NCBI GenBank assembly: GCA_950097015.1
Contig: CATNEN010000033.1
Location: forward strand, 3,720,001-3,784,000
DNA: 64,000 nucleotides
Origin: Macrostomum hystrix
Lineage: Eukaryota > Animalia > Platyhelminthes
Direction: 5' to 3'
Under the pieces are notes generated by a model. The model made no database searches and was not told the DNA's origin. It worked only from the letters and a program-made list of their open reading frames with translations. Both the position numbers and the translations under genes were made by a program. Positions 12,988-24,500 of this stretch are shown here, piece after piece; position 1 is the first letter of the stretch, and the number at the start of each line of letters is the position of its first letter.

Positions 12988-14893
12988 CTACCTCTGGTTG
13001 CCGCCCCGGCAGGTGCCCATGCGCCACTCTAGCCGGCCATCGCCGCGGAACTCGTACACCAGACTGTCCTCATCGGCGAACAGCAAAGTCTCGTCGTCAA
13101 TACCGAGGACAACTTCGTTCACTGGCATCAGCGAAGGCGACTGCTGTTCGATCGAGATGTCAATCAGTGTAGCGTCCCGCGGCCGGTCTGGGCCTCGCAG
13201 TGCCGAGGCGATGCCGAGTCCCTGGCCGGCAAGCTTGGCCGGCAAAGCGGCTAGCAGGAGGGCGAACGGGCCGCCATGCAGCAGGTTGTACGTATTGTTC
13301 ACCGCCAGGACTGAGGTTGACGTCAGCAGCAGAGCAGTGGCCAGAATGTTCAGCAGCAGCGACAATGACAGCCTGTCTGCGGATTGGGCCAGCGGGAGTG
13401 GGATGAGTGGGATGAGTAGAGTGGGATGAGTAGAGTGGCATGAGTAGAGTGGGATGGGTAGAGTGGGATGAGTCGAGTGAGATGAGTAGAGTGGGATGGG
13501 TAGAGTGGGATGAGTCGAGTGAGATGGGTAGAGTGGGATGAGTAGAGTGAGATGGGTAGAGTGGGATGAGTAGAGTGAGATGGGTAGAGTGGGATGAGTA
13601 GAGTGAGATGGGTAGAGTGGGATGAGTAGAGTGAGATGGGTAGAGTGGGATGAGTAGAGTGGGATGAGTAGAGTGAGATGGGTAGAGTGGGATGGGTAGA
13701 GTGAGATGGGTAGAGTGGGATGAGTAGAGTGGCATGAGTAGAGTGGGATTGGTAGAGTGGGATGAGTAGAGTGGGATGAGTAGAGTGAGATGGGTAGAGT
13801 GGGATGAGTAGAGTGGGATGAGTAGAGTGAGATTGGTAGAGTGGGATGAGTAGAGTGGGATGAGTAGAGTGGGATTGGTAGAGTGGGATGGGTAGAGTGG
13901 GATTGGTAGAGTGGGATGGGTAGAGTGGGATGAGTAGAGTGAGATGGGTAGAGTGGGATGAGTAGAGTGGGATGAGTAGAGTGGGATTGGTAGAGTGAGA
14001 TGGGTAGAGTGGGATGAGTAGAGTGAGATGGGTAGAGTGGGATGAGTCGAGTGAGATGGGTAGAGTGGGATGAGTAGAGGTTGCTGAGCACAGTAGATGA
14101 GCAGAGTGTTGCGTCAAAGGTGCTGCTAAGCCTTTGGTGCATCGATTGATCTCGCATCTCTAGAACAACGATCAGCTAGTGGCAGAGAAAATCAGGCGAT
14201 AAGCACGAATTTTTAAAGCCAAAAAGTAACGGATTTTTTAAATAAAAAAACTGCCGCTCCAAATCCCTCAGAAACCCAAGCTTAAACTCAAACAAAAATT
14301 AAAACAAAAAACTTTTAGAAACCCAATCCAGCCCTTCACAGAAACCCAATCCAGCCCTCACAGAAACCCAATCCAGCCCTCACAGAAACCCAATCGAGCC
14401 CTCACAGAAACCCAATGCAGCCCTCACAGAAACCCAATCGAGCCCTCACAGAAACCCAATGCAGCCCTCACAGAAACCCAATCCAGCCCTTCACAGAAAC
14501 CCAATCCAGCCCTTCACAGAAACCCAATCCAGCCCTTCACAGAAACCCAATCCAACCCTCCTAATAAAAACCCAATCCAGCAGTCAGCACTGACCACGCA
14601 GCATTGGGGTTGCTATCAGGCAGGCTGTCTGCAGGCCGCAGAAGGCCACCAGCAGGGCGACTTCAAAGGCTGTGATCACCACTTCCACGCCGACAACGTC
14701 TCCAGCTTCGAAGCGGCAGCCGTGCAGAGTGGAATGCCAGCCGACGCCGAAGCCGCCGCTGCGGCAGCTGCAGAGGAGGCCGGCCAGAGCGGCTGGCACG
14801 GTGATTACAAGGCTCGCGGCGTCCGCCACCGCCTGTGCCATCATCTGCTTGGGCATTCTGCAGCACGCGCGGCAGTCGATGAATGTGAAAAGT
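12988..14893 (-). CDS. Uncharacterised multi-pass membrane protein, last two exons (14893-14595, 13376-12988); 5' end unresolved
   Basis: GC-rich coding-like islands between repeats. The GTCAGT donor at 14594 joins the CCGCAG acceptor at 13377 in phase 1. Product LFTFIDCRACCRMPKQ...VVITAFEVALLVAFCGLQTACLIA..DRLSLSLLLNILATALLLTS has 3-4 hydrophobic segments; stop TAG at 12990-12988. Confidence 0.5.
13395..14076. repeat. 14-bp minisatellite (copy 2, intronic)
   Basis: Tandem GAGTG(G/A)GATG(A/G)GTA. Confidence 0.95.
14322..14582. repeat. 22/23-bp minisatellite
   Basis: Tandem CAGAAACCCAATCCAGCCCTCA. Confidence 0.92.
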
Positions 14894-15189
14894 CTAATAA
14901 AAGTACAACTGCGGACGAGAGAAATTTCTGGGCTTATGTTGATTTTCTCTATCGCCGGTAAGTCGTAATATACCGGATATGAAGCAGCAGAAAGTGAAAT
15001 TCAGACTAGCAGTCTCGGCCATAGACGAACATAAAGAGAAGGGGCCAACCAGGAACCTTAAGTTAAAAGTACATGTGATGTTCAATAATTCATATTTTGC
15101 CTCGAAGTTTATTTTTGCTTAAAAACAAAAACTTCGAACTCTCACAGAGAGACAACCGGAGCTGACAACTCTGGGATGCGCGAAATCCT

Positions 15190-15891
15190 TCAGAGTGTTA
15201 CTAAGGCAGTTTCCAGCACTTCATCACTCGACGCTTTCAATAGTTCTTCCGTCACCAGCGACTGCGCTTCACCATCGCCCTCGCCATCGCCCTCGCCCTC
15301 ATTCTTGGCTCCTCCGTCGCTCTCAACAGAGTCGACGCGGCGAAACGCGGCGCACAGCTGCCGGCATGCCAGGGTGGCAGCGCAGGCGCAGTAGGCCAGG
15401 TTCACGGCGAACCCGGCGCCAATGCCGGCCTGCGCCTTAGGCGCGTTGCCCGACACGGCGAGTCCGCTGAGTAGCGCGGGCAGGCTCAGGGCGACCTGCA
15501 CGAAGGCACACGGCAGGGCCATGCCGTTCAGCAGCGCGAGACGCAGTAGCGCCCGATCATGCCTCCGCTTTCGGCGTTGAAGGCTTTGAATGTCCCGCAA
15601 GCAGCCGGGCTGTGGGGCGAACAGTTGGAGCTTGCCAGCGACCACCGCTGTGACGCCTGCTCCGGTGTACACGCTGCTGAAGGCCAGACCGAGCAGCGCG
15701 CCGGTGACGGCTGCCAGGTAGAAGCCGGACCTGGACTTGGCACTGGAGTCAAGGCTTGCCAGGGTGAACAGGCGCGCCCCGCAGATCAAGGACACCGCCT
15801 GTCCGCAGAGACCCAGCGCTAGCTGAAGGACAGCGAGTCGACGACTTGCCGCGTTCGTGTCATGTGGGCCTTCAGGGTCTGAAGTAAGCAT
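15190..15891 (-). CDS. Four-TM membrane protein, possibly MS4A/CD20-like, 233 aa single ORF
   Basis: Non-repetitive GC-rich ORF with four hydrophobic segments (RLAVLQLALGLCGQAVSLICG; GFYLAAVTGALLGLAFSSVYTGAGVTAVVAG; ALLNGMALPCAFVQVALSLPALL; GIGAGFAVNLAYCACAATLAC) and an acidic tail. Family assignment is from topology only. Confidence 0.6.
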   Translation of the reverse strand: MLTSDPEGPHDTNAASRRLAVLQLALGLCGQAVSLICGARLFTLASLDSSAKSRSGFYLAAVTGALLGLAFSSVYTGAGVTAVVAGKLQLFAPQPGCLRDIQSLQRRKRRHDRALLRLALLNGMALPCAFVQVALSLPALLSGLAVSGNAPKAQAGIGAGFAVNLAYCACAATLACRQLCAAFRRVDSVESDGGAKNEGEGDGEGDGEAQSLVTEELLKASSDEVLETALVTL

Positions 15892-16514
15892 GCTGACCTA
15901 TTCGCCGTTTTCAGTTTTCCTGCTGTTTCTAAATGCTTTAATGTACGAGTTTTCTTGTTTAGTACATGTAGACTAGCTCGCGAACCCCCCTAAATCCTTC
16001 TCTGGCTGATTGGTTGTCCTCGCACTGCTAGCAGCTCTCGGGATTCATAAGGTCTTTACCGACAGATCGGGGGTGAGTTTCTCCAGCCAGCTAGTCACGC
16101 AATTTACGTCAATGAGACAAAGCCGATAAAAACTTAAGAACGAATCCCTAAGTGTAAAATCCCAGACAAGTCAGTTTGTACTCGTAGTGCCAAGAAACCA
16201 TTGTTGTGTGCCATCCTTTGCCTTATAAACTATTTTAAAGAAAGCTCTCAAAAGTCTGAAAAGCATCTTCCACGATGCCATCCTGATCTGTGACAGGCAG
16301 ACATGTGATTGCAAGCAGACATGTGACCCTGGTCCCATGGGAGCGAACAGGACAGTGTAGCAAAGTGTCCGTTCTGCGATCTCGGATTTTGTCTCATTTT
16401 TCTGGCCAAACTTCGCAGTGAATAATAAATAAGAAAACACGAAATTGCACACGGCTACAACACACACGTACATTATCCCCTAGGAAATCAATCACTAACC
16501 CTAGGGTTAGTGAC

Positions 16515-16625
16515 ACTGACCCGCAGCCAGCGAGGAGGCAATTCTGCCCATTGCGCTGACTCCTGAGCACACACTCACAGATACCGTACGCAGGTACAAA
16601 CACACAGGTGAGTGTACATTTTCCA
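16515..16625 (-). mobile_element. 3' fragment of SINE family 2
   Basis: GAGGAGGCAATTCTGCCCATTGCGCTGACTCCTGAGCACAC..CAGATACCGTACGCAGG matches 26496-26580 and the reverse complement of 31560-31645. Confidence 0.75.
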
Positions 16626-17494
16626 TGCAGTATTTGTGTATGGCCTGACTATCCAGGTCGGTTCTTTTCATTTCTTAAAAAACCCACGCAAACTAATGCG
16701 AGAAACGGGAGGGCATTCGTTTTCTTCTCCAGAGAGGCCTCTATAAACACCCGCCGTGCAGATTCACAGTCGCTGCTGCATCATCATCATCAACCTGCAT
16801 CGATCGATCTGACATGGCGGAGACTCCGCGGACATCCAACTGACGGGGGACATTTGCCCCACCCGCTGGGCAGCCCAATTAGCTCCGGGAAATTGGAAGA
16901 CATTGCATCAGGTAAGAAATTCAAGTAGAAACACCATCAGGAGCCAGGGATGCAGCTTATTATATATTTAAGGTAATTATATTATAGTAACCTGTGAGTG
17001 TCATTGATAAAAGTGTGCCAGTGAGGCACTGTTAACTAAGAAAAAAACTGATATAAATAAAGATATAAAAAAGATCACACAGAGCGTACCGGAATCTACT
17101 TAAGTAGAACTTCAAAAAAGGCGATGCGCGCGAAAGAAGGAACAAAACTTTTAAAAAGATCTACTACTTCTGAAAGAAATATTGAAAAAAACGTCTAAAC
17201 TATCAACTGATTAGCTTGCTGTAGCTGGCGCTAACTCATAAAACTGCGAATCAGACTACTACACTCAGTAGGAAAGCTAGCAAATCGCTTTCAAATATGT
17301 TTAAGTAGCCTAGAAACAAACTGATTGCCTAAAATAGTGCAGGAGTTAAAATTGTATCATATAAATATATGGAGTTACCTGTATTTCACGCTGTAAATAT
17401 AGATGAATAAGATCGACATCTTGGTAGTAAGGTATTATAAAATTAATTTATTACGCGCTTTTAACTCGCAGTCAAAGAATTAGCCTAGATTGTT

Positions 17495-18325
17495 TCAGGA
17501 GCTAGTCCTACAGTGAGTCGTCCTGGAGCTTGTCTTACAGTGAGTGGTCCAGGACCTAGTCCTACAGTGAGTGGTCCTGGAGCTTGTCCTACAGTGAGTG
17601 GTCCTGGAGCTAGTCCTACAGTGAGTGGTCCAGGAGCTTGTCCTACAGTGAGTGGTCCAGGACCTAGTCCTACAGTGAGTGGTCCTGGAGCTTGTCCTAC
17701 AGTGAGTGGTCCTGGAGCTAGTCCTACAGTGAGTGGTCCTGGAGCTAGTCCTACAGTGAGTGGTCCAGGACCTAGTCCTACAGTGAGTGGTCCTGGAGCT
17801 TGTCCTACAGTGAGTGGTCCTGGAGCTAGTCCTACAGTGAGTGGTCCTGGAGCTAGTCCTACAGTGAGTGGTCCTGGAGCTAGTCCTACAGTGAGTGGTC
17901 CAGGACCTAGTCCTACAGTGAGTGGTCCTGGAGCTTGTCCTACAGTGAGTGGTCCTGGAGCTAGTCCTACAGTGAGTGGTCCTGGAGCTAGTCCTACAGT
18001 GAGTGGTCCTGGAGCTTGTCCTACAGTGAGTGGTCCAGGAGCTAGTCCTACAGTGAGTGGTCCTGGACATAGTCCAACAGTAGTCCTGGAACTGGTCCTA
18101 CAGTAGTCCTGGAACTGGTCCTACAGTAGTCCTGGAACTGGTCCTACAGTAGTCCTGGAACTGGTCCTACAGTAGTCCTGGAACTGGTCCTACAGTAGTC
18201 CTGGAGCTGGTCCTACAGTAGTCCTGGAACTGGTCCTACAGTAGTCCTGGAGCTGGTCCTAAAGTAGTCCTGGAACTGGTCCTACAGTAGTCCTGGAACT
18301 GGTCCTACAGTAGTCCTGGAACTAG
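17495..18325. repeat. Compound minisatellite: 27-bp units followed by a derived 23-bp unit
   Basis: GTCCTACAGTGAGTGGTCCTGGAGCT(A/T) to about 18065, then GTCCTACAGTAGTCCTGGAACTG. Confidence 0.95.
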
Positions 18326-18586
18326 TTATTTATTGCCATTTCACTCTACTAGCAAATAAAAATATGGAAAAAATAAACAGTGTGCAGAAAGTGTATGAAG
18401 TAACGAAATTTGGATCTTGAATTGACATGGCTGTAACCTATAATCCATTAAGAGGACTGAAAACAAAAATTACAAAATAAATTGATTAGCATGGCTCTAA
18501 TAAGTCGGCAGTATTTCTATAAATGTTTGTGAAAATAGTGTATCATAGCGTCATAGGCCGCAGAAACAGATTCGAACCCGGGACTG

Positions 18587-21500
18587 TCACTTCGCGGCCG
18601 CGCCCAGGACTTCAAGAAATAGCACACTGCCGTTGCGATCTCCGACAATCAGGCGGCGCTTGTCCTGCACTTCCACGAGCTCCATCGTGGCCACGCCGCA
18701 GCTCAACGTGTACATTGAGACCTGTTGGGGTGGAGGAGGCGGTCACTGCGAGACCCGACTCCGACACTGCGAGAACCTGCCCCTGCAGGCCCCTCACTCA
18801 CCCGCTCCATGTTGAATGTGTCCTTGTGCAGCTTGGCTCTCCACACTTTCACCTCGCCGTCGGCGGAGCCGGTGGCAAAGAGGCCGCTGCCGGTGGTCGC
18901 CTCCTTGGCGCTGGACAGAGCGCAGATGGCGGTGATCGGAGCTGAGTGGCACTGGGTTGGTTAGGGTTGGGAGCGGTCAATTCATCAAGAGCTGTCATTA
19001 CTTCTGTGTTGTTAACGCTCGCGCACGCACCCTGTTACTGTACTTTCTCCTCTCTCCCTCTATCTGTTAACTTCTTAGCTAACCTTCACCTCTCTACTCT
19101 TCACTCGTCTATGATTGGCTAGCTGTTCGTCTCTCTTTCCTTACCCACCACCTCCTTTTCATCCCTTACCCTCTGCCCAGTCTTCACTCCTTTTACCCTT
19201 CAGCTCCTTCCTTGTCTATTGGTTTAACTATAATTTGACTCTCGGCCTAGAGGGCTTCATTCCGCCGCTTTTCGATTCGTTCTTACCACCCCAATTCCTT
19301 ATAACACAGAAATCCGGAATTTCCGAACCCCCAGGTAGCCTCTTGGCTCACCTGGAAGCCCTCCAGCATCGGGCCGAAGCTGATTTCGCTGTCTCCAATC
19401 TCCAGGCCGGCGATGCCCACCTGGCCCTGGCCGGAGCAGCCGTAGCCAAGCAGGAGGCGCAGCGGCTGCTCAGTCACGACGGCGGCTCGCATCGGGCGCG
19501 ACTGCCCGACCGGCAGGTCCATCTGGCCCGAGGTGACGACCCGCCTGACCAGCTTGGCGCCGGCACCGGAGCTCGGCCTGGCGAACTCCAGGCAGGCGAC
19601 GCTGGCGTCGCGCAGGCGGCGCACCAGAACCCTGGCCAGCGGAGCGCCCGGACCCGTCGGGCAGGACTGAACAAAGTCCGCCCATGCGTCCGGACCAACT
19701 GCGGCGTCGCCTGGCGCGGAGGGAAGCTCTACTGCCCGGCCAACGCCGCCGACAAGTAGGAGCCCGCCGGCCCAGAAGCCGGCGACACTGTCGCGCATAC
19801 AGGCAACCGGCGAGGCCACCGAGGCCGTCTGCGGGCAGGCCAGGCGGGACAGGCGGTCGGGCAGGGCGGAGGCCAGGTCCAGCTGCTGCGGCAGAGACGT
19901 AGAAGAACAATTCTCGCTGATGGAGGCGAGGTCGGCAGCTAGGCCGATGGTAGACAGGCGCAACAGGGTGGCCGGCAGGCCCTGGGATTTAGAGATCCGG
20001 GATAGACTGATAGAAAGTACGTCATGCTGAGAAATTTATGATTCTAAAAGCTTATTTATAAAATATATATTGGTTGAAATTTGTGATAATAAGACTTTTT
20101 GAATGAATAAATAAAACGGAATGATTTTCCCCCCAAAATTTGATTCTGAATAATTAGATAAAAATAGTTAGCAATTTCTACGATAGCGAATTTCCTAGAA
20201 TCTCAAATTTCTAAGAAAAGAAAACGAATTTCTTAGAATCAGAAATTTCTTAGAAAAGAAAACTTTTTCTTTTCTAATATCTTTTTTTTTCTTAGAAATG
20301 TTTAATTTTACGAGAACTTTGTGATTCGAAAAACTACTGGAAATCTTTTTAGTTATTTCTACGAAAGATGCGATTATAAGAAATTTTGAATCCTTCGAAA
20401 TAACAAAAAATTCTTAATATTTAAACCCTTCCGAAATCCAGGTCGAGGGAGTACAAAGACTTCAGAACAACAGGATTCTTAAGAATCAAGATTTTGAGAC
20501 TCCAGGCCTCACCTGGCAGGCGATGAGCAGCTGGCCATCCGGCTGCCAGGCCAGGCCGCAAACGGCGCTGTCGTGAACTCGCAGGCGGGCCATCAGGCTG
20601 CCCGCCGAAGCCTCCCACAGCAGGAGGCAGCCGTCGAGGCCGCCGGAGGCCACGATGCCGCAGTCCGGCAGGTGGCAGACGACGGTGACTGGGGCGGCGT
20701 GACCGCAGCCGTAGCCGAGCTCCGGCAGCGTCCTGTCGGCGATGCGCCAGATCCTGACAGTGGCGTCTCCAGATGAGAGGCTGGCCACGGAGCGGCCGGA
20801 GCAGGCGGCCAGGCAGGACACAGGACCCGCCGAATGGCCAGTCAGGGGGCCCAGCGCGTTGGGCAGCAGCGGCTGGTAAACCTGTCAATCAGAATAAACC
20901 ATGTTATGCGCCATTTTCAGTAGTACCGAGAATACCTGAGTCACAAGCCATCGTCACCCACCCGCACGAATCCATCGTCCGAGGCGCCACAGACGATAAC
21001 GGCCTCGGCAGCCCGCTTGTCGGTCCGGGCAATCTGCCTGCGCCGCATGGACGTCCGCTGATTGTCTTCCTCCACCTGCGCGTCCCAGTTGACTCCGCCT
21101 ATCTCGATGTCGTCCAGTCGAATCCTCACTGCGTCATCGTCGCTGGCATCCTCTGCTGGCGATCGAGGAGGCGTAGCCACCCTCTTCGACTTCGCGGGCG
21201 GATCGGCCGCCTTGGTCTTCTTCGTGGTTGTCCCGGCAGCGGTGGCGGCTGCGGCGGCTGTAGCGACAGTCGGAGGTCTGGCCAGCAGGCAGGCGTTGCT
21301 CCGCTGATCGGCTCCGTAGAGGGTCGTGGCCTCCACGCCGATGGCCTTGACGGCGGCGCCGGCGCCCCCACCGGACTCCGTGTAGGTCCAGAGCTTCAGT
21401 TCGCCGCCGGAGCAGGCGCTGACAAGGCAGTTCGGCAGGCCGCGGACGCAGCTGACAGCCGAGACGTGCCCGGTGAGGCGAAGCAGCTGGCAGAGGGCGC

Positions 21501-24500
21501 CGCTGTCCGGGTCGACCCGCCAGAGCTTGACGCTGAAATCGTTGGAGCCGCTGACAAGGCGCAGCTCGGCGGAGTCGGCAGGGCTGAAGCTGTCCAAGGT
21601 GGTCACCCAGTCGCCGTGGGCCTGCGGCTCCGTGTGAACCAGAGTGTTGCCAACGGAGGCCAGGTGGTAGACCAAGATGCTCTGCGGAGGGCATGGCGAA
21701 AATCATCAAAGTCTCGAGAGGATCTGGGAGCATGACATCCCGAGAGGATCTGGGAGCATGACATCCCGAAAGGATCTGGGAGGATGACATCCCGACAGGA
21801 TCTTGGAGGATGACAACCCGAGAAGATCTGGGAGGATGACATCCCGAGAGGATCTTGGAGGATGACATCCCGAGAGGATCTTGGAGGATGACAACCCGAG
21901 AAGATCTGGGAGGATGACATCCCGAGAGGATCTGGGAGGATGACATCCCGAGAGGATCTGGAAGGATGACATCCCGAGAGGATCTTGGAGGATGACATCC
22001 CGAGAGGATCTTGGAGGATGACATCCCGAGAGGATCTTGGAGGATGACATCCCGAGAGGATCTTGGAGGATGACAACCCGAGAAGATCTGGGAGGATGAC
22101 ATCCCGAGAGGATCTGGGAGGATGACATCCCGAGAGGATCTTGGAGGATGACAACCCGAGAAGATCTGGGAGGATGACATCCCGAGAGGATCTGGAAGGA
22201 TGACATCCCGAGAGGATCTTGGAGGATGACATCCCGAGAGGATCTTGGAGGATGACATCCCGAGAGGATCTTGGAGGATGACATCCCGAGAGGATCTGGG
22301 AGGATGACATCCCGAGAGGATCTTGGAGGATGACCAACTCCAACTGCTCTTGCATTCCAAAGCACACCGTGTCGTTGGATCCCGTGAAGGCGATGCTGCC
22401 GTCAGGAGCCACAGCGCACGCCAGCACGGCGCCCTTGTGATCATTGAAGGTGGCGACGCATTCCTTGAGCTGGGCGTCCCACAGCCGGGCCGTGCAGTCC
22501 TCTGAGGCGGACAAGACCAGGTCGGGACCGCAGGCGAGCGACGTCACCCGACTAGCGTGTCGGCCGCTGCGGTTGTCGGTTGTGGAGACGAGTTGCAGGG
22601 TCCGCCTGCCGGCGGAGTCGACGACCACGCGCAGCAGGCGCAGGGAGGCGTCGTCGCAGCCGCAGTAGAGCAGGCTGGGGTCGTGTGCGGCGAACTGGAG
22701 CGCGCCGACGCTGGCGTAGTCGGATTTGATGCGCAGCTCGGCCACCGTCTGGCCGGTGAGCGGCCGGTGCAGGCGGACCCGGCCCGAGTGGGTGCCGGAC
22801 GCCAGCAGGCTGAAGGTGGCGTCGGCCGCCAGCGACATCACTCGGTCGGCTGGCCCGGCCGACTGGCCAGACTTTGACGATGACGGGATGGCTTGGACCA
22901 GGCGGCCAAGGCCGGAGGACCACAAGGCAGGCCGCAGGCCGGTGTCTGAGGTGACCAGGTGCTCACCTGCATTGGAAAATTTAATAGAATATGAAAGTTT
23001 ACTTTTGATAAGCGCCTGGAAAGCAGAGAATGTTGGGATCGTCTTTTACTCGTAGAGGCCTAAATCGGAAACGGAGTAGATTTATAAAGATAATCAGGGG
23101 AAAAATTTGAAAAATAAAATAATCAATGATACTCAGACTGACCAATTTATTAGAGTGAAGCCCGTGGGAAAAGAGAGTGAAACCGAGAGTGAAACTGAGA
23201 GTAAAATCGAGAGTGAAATCGAGAGTGAAATTGAGAGTGAAACAGCGGGTCGCATAGCAACAGCAGCTCACCAGTAAGGCTGAATTGCAGAGCTGTGGCT
23301 GGCAGGCCGGCAGAGCGGATGAGGCCGACTGGGACTCCGGTTGTAGTGTCCCAGACTCGGAGCTCGCCGTCCATGGCGCCCGACACCAGGTGGCCGCCGT
23401 CGTGCCGGCTGAATGCCATGGCTCTGACGGCAGCGCGATGGCCGCGCATGACAGCAGTGCGGCTGTGCGCCAGGGTGTCCAGCAGCTTCACGGAGGCATC
23501 CCAGCAGCCCACGGCCAGCAGCTTGCCCTCCGGGTGGAAGGCGGCGCAGTTGATGGGCGACCTGCCGCGTAGGAGGTAGGTCAGCTGCTTTAGATGGGAA
23601 AACCCAGCCAGCTGATGACATCTAAACCGGTCCTTAATCCCCATCCCCAGACCTCTAAATCTATCTTTAATCCCATTCCCCCACAGGCCCCTTAATCAGT
23701 ACTTAATACCTTTTCCACAGACCTCTTACGTCGTCCAATTTCCCACAGGCCCCTTTATTTATTAGTCTCTAATCGTGATCCCATCTTCCCAATCCGGCCA
23801 TCCCTAAGCGGGGACGGCCCCAGTCTCACTTGGTCCTGAAGTGGTAGCTGAGCTCCCCGTTTCCGGCGTTGCGCAGCAGGACGTAGCCGTCGAGGCCGGC
23901 CGAGGCGAACCGGTCGCCGCGCGGATTGGCCACCAGCGCCGTGACCTTGCGCACGTGACCCTTGAGATTGGCCAGCCGAATGCCGGCGCCGGAGTCCCAC
24001 AGGTTGACGAAGCCGTCCTTCGAAGCCGTAGCCAGACGGCCGCCGCCGGTGCCGATGAAGCAGACGGCGGTGACTTCGGCGCTGTGGCCCGAGAGGGATT
24101 TGGCCTCGCGGCCGGTGTCGCTCTGGCGAAGGAAAACGTCGCCGTCGATGGTGCCGACGGCCAGAGCGCCGACCGCGTCGGCAGCCAGGCAGGTCGGCGT
24201 GGAGGAAAAGCCGTCGATGGTCAGCTGGCAGGCGACGTTGCCGGCGCCAGCGGCCAGTCCCGCCTGCTTGTTGCGCCACACGATTGCGTTGGCAGCGCGA
24301 CGGCTGACGCAGCCGCCGAGGTTCAGTTCGCTTTCGACGTCCTGGCAGACTTCGGACTCGGTGTGGTAGTTCAGAGCCAGCTGGTAGATCAGCTCCGGGT
24401 ATCTGGGGGCAGGATTCAGTGGTGCTCGGATATCGGCGGATCGGGGCGGATAGAGATGGGTGGGACGGATGGGGGTAGATTGGGGTGGATAGAGATGGGT

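Larger units (their letters stand above)
11658..14220. repeat. Local tandem duplication (copy 1 about 11658-12846, copy 2 about 12851-14220)
   Basis: Blocks 11658-11796 and 12851-12989, 12357-12434 and 14074-14152, 12791-12846 and 14166-14220 match in the same order. Both copies carry the same 14-bp minisatellite. Confidence 0.9.

Noticed and set aside
12988-14157. 389-aa ORF read as a single-exon gene
   Set aside because: The middle is the 14-bp array; only 13376-12988 behaves as an exon, with a proper acceptor.
17513-18106. Mucin-like (SPTVSGPGA)n ORF
   Set aside because: A 27-bp array is open in several frames; there is no signal peptide or splice context.
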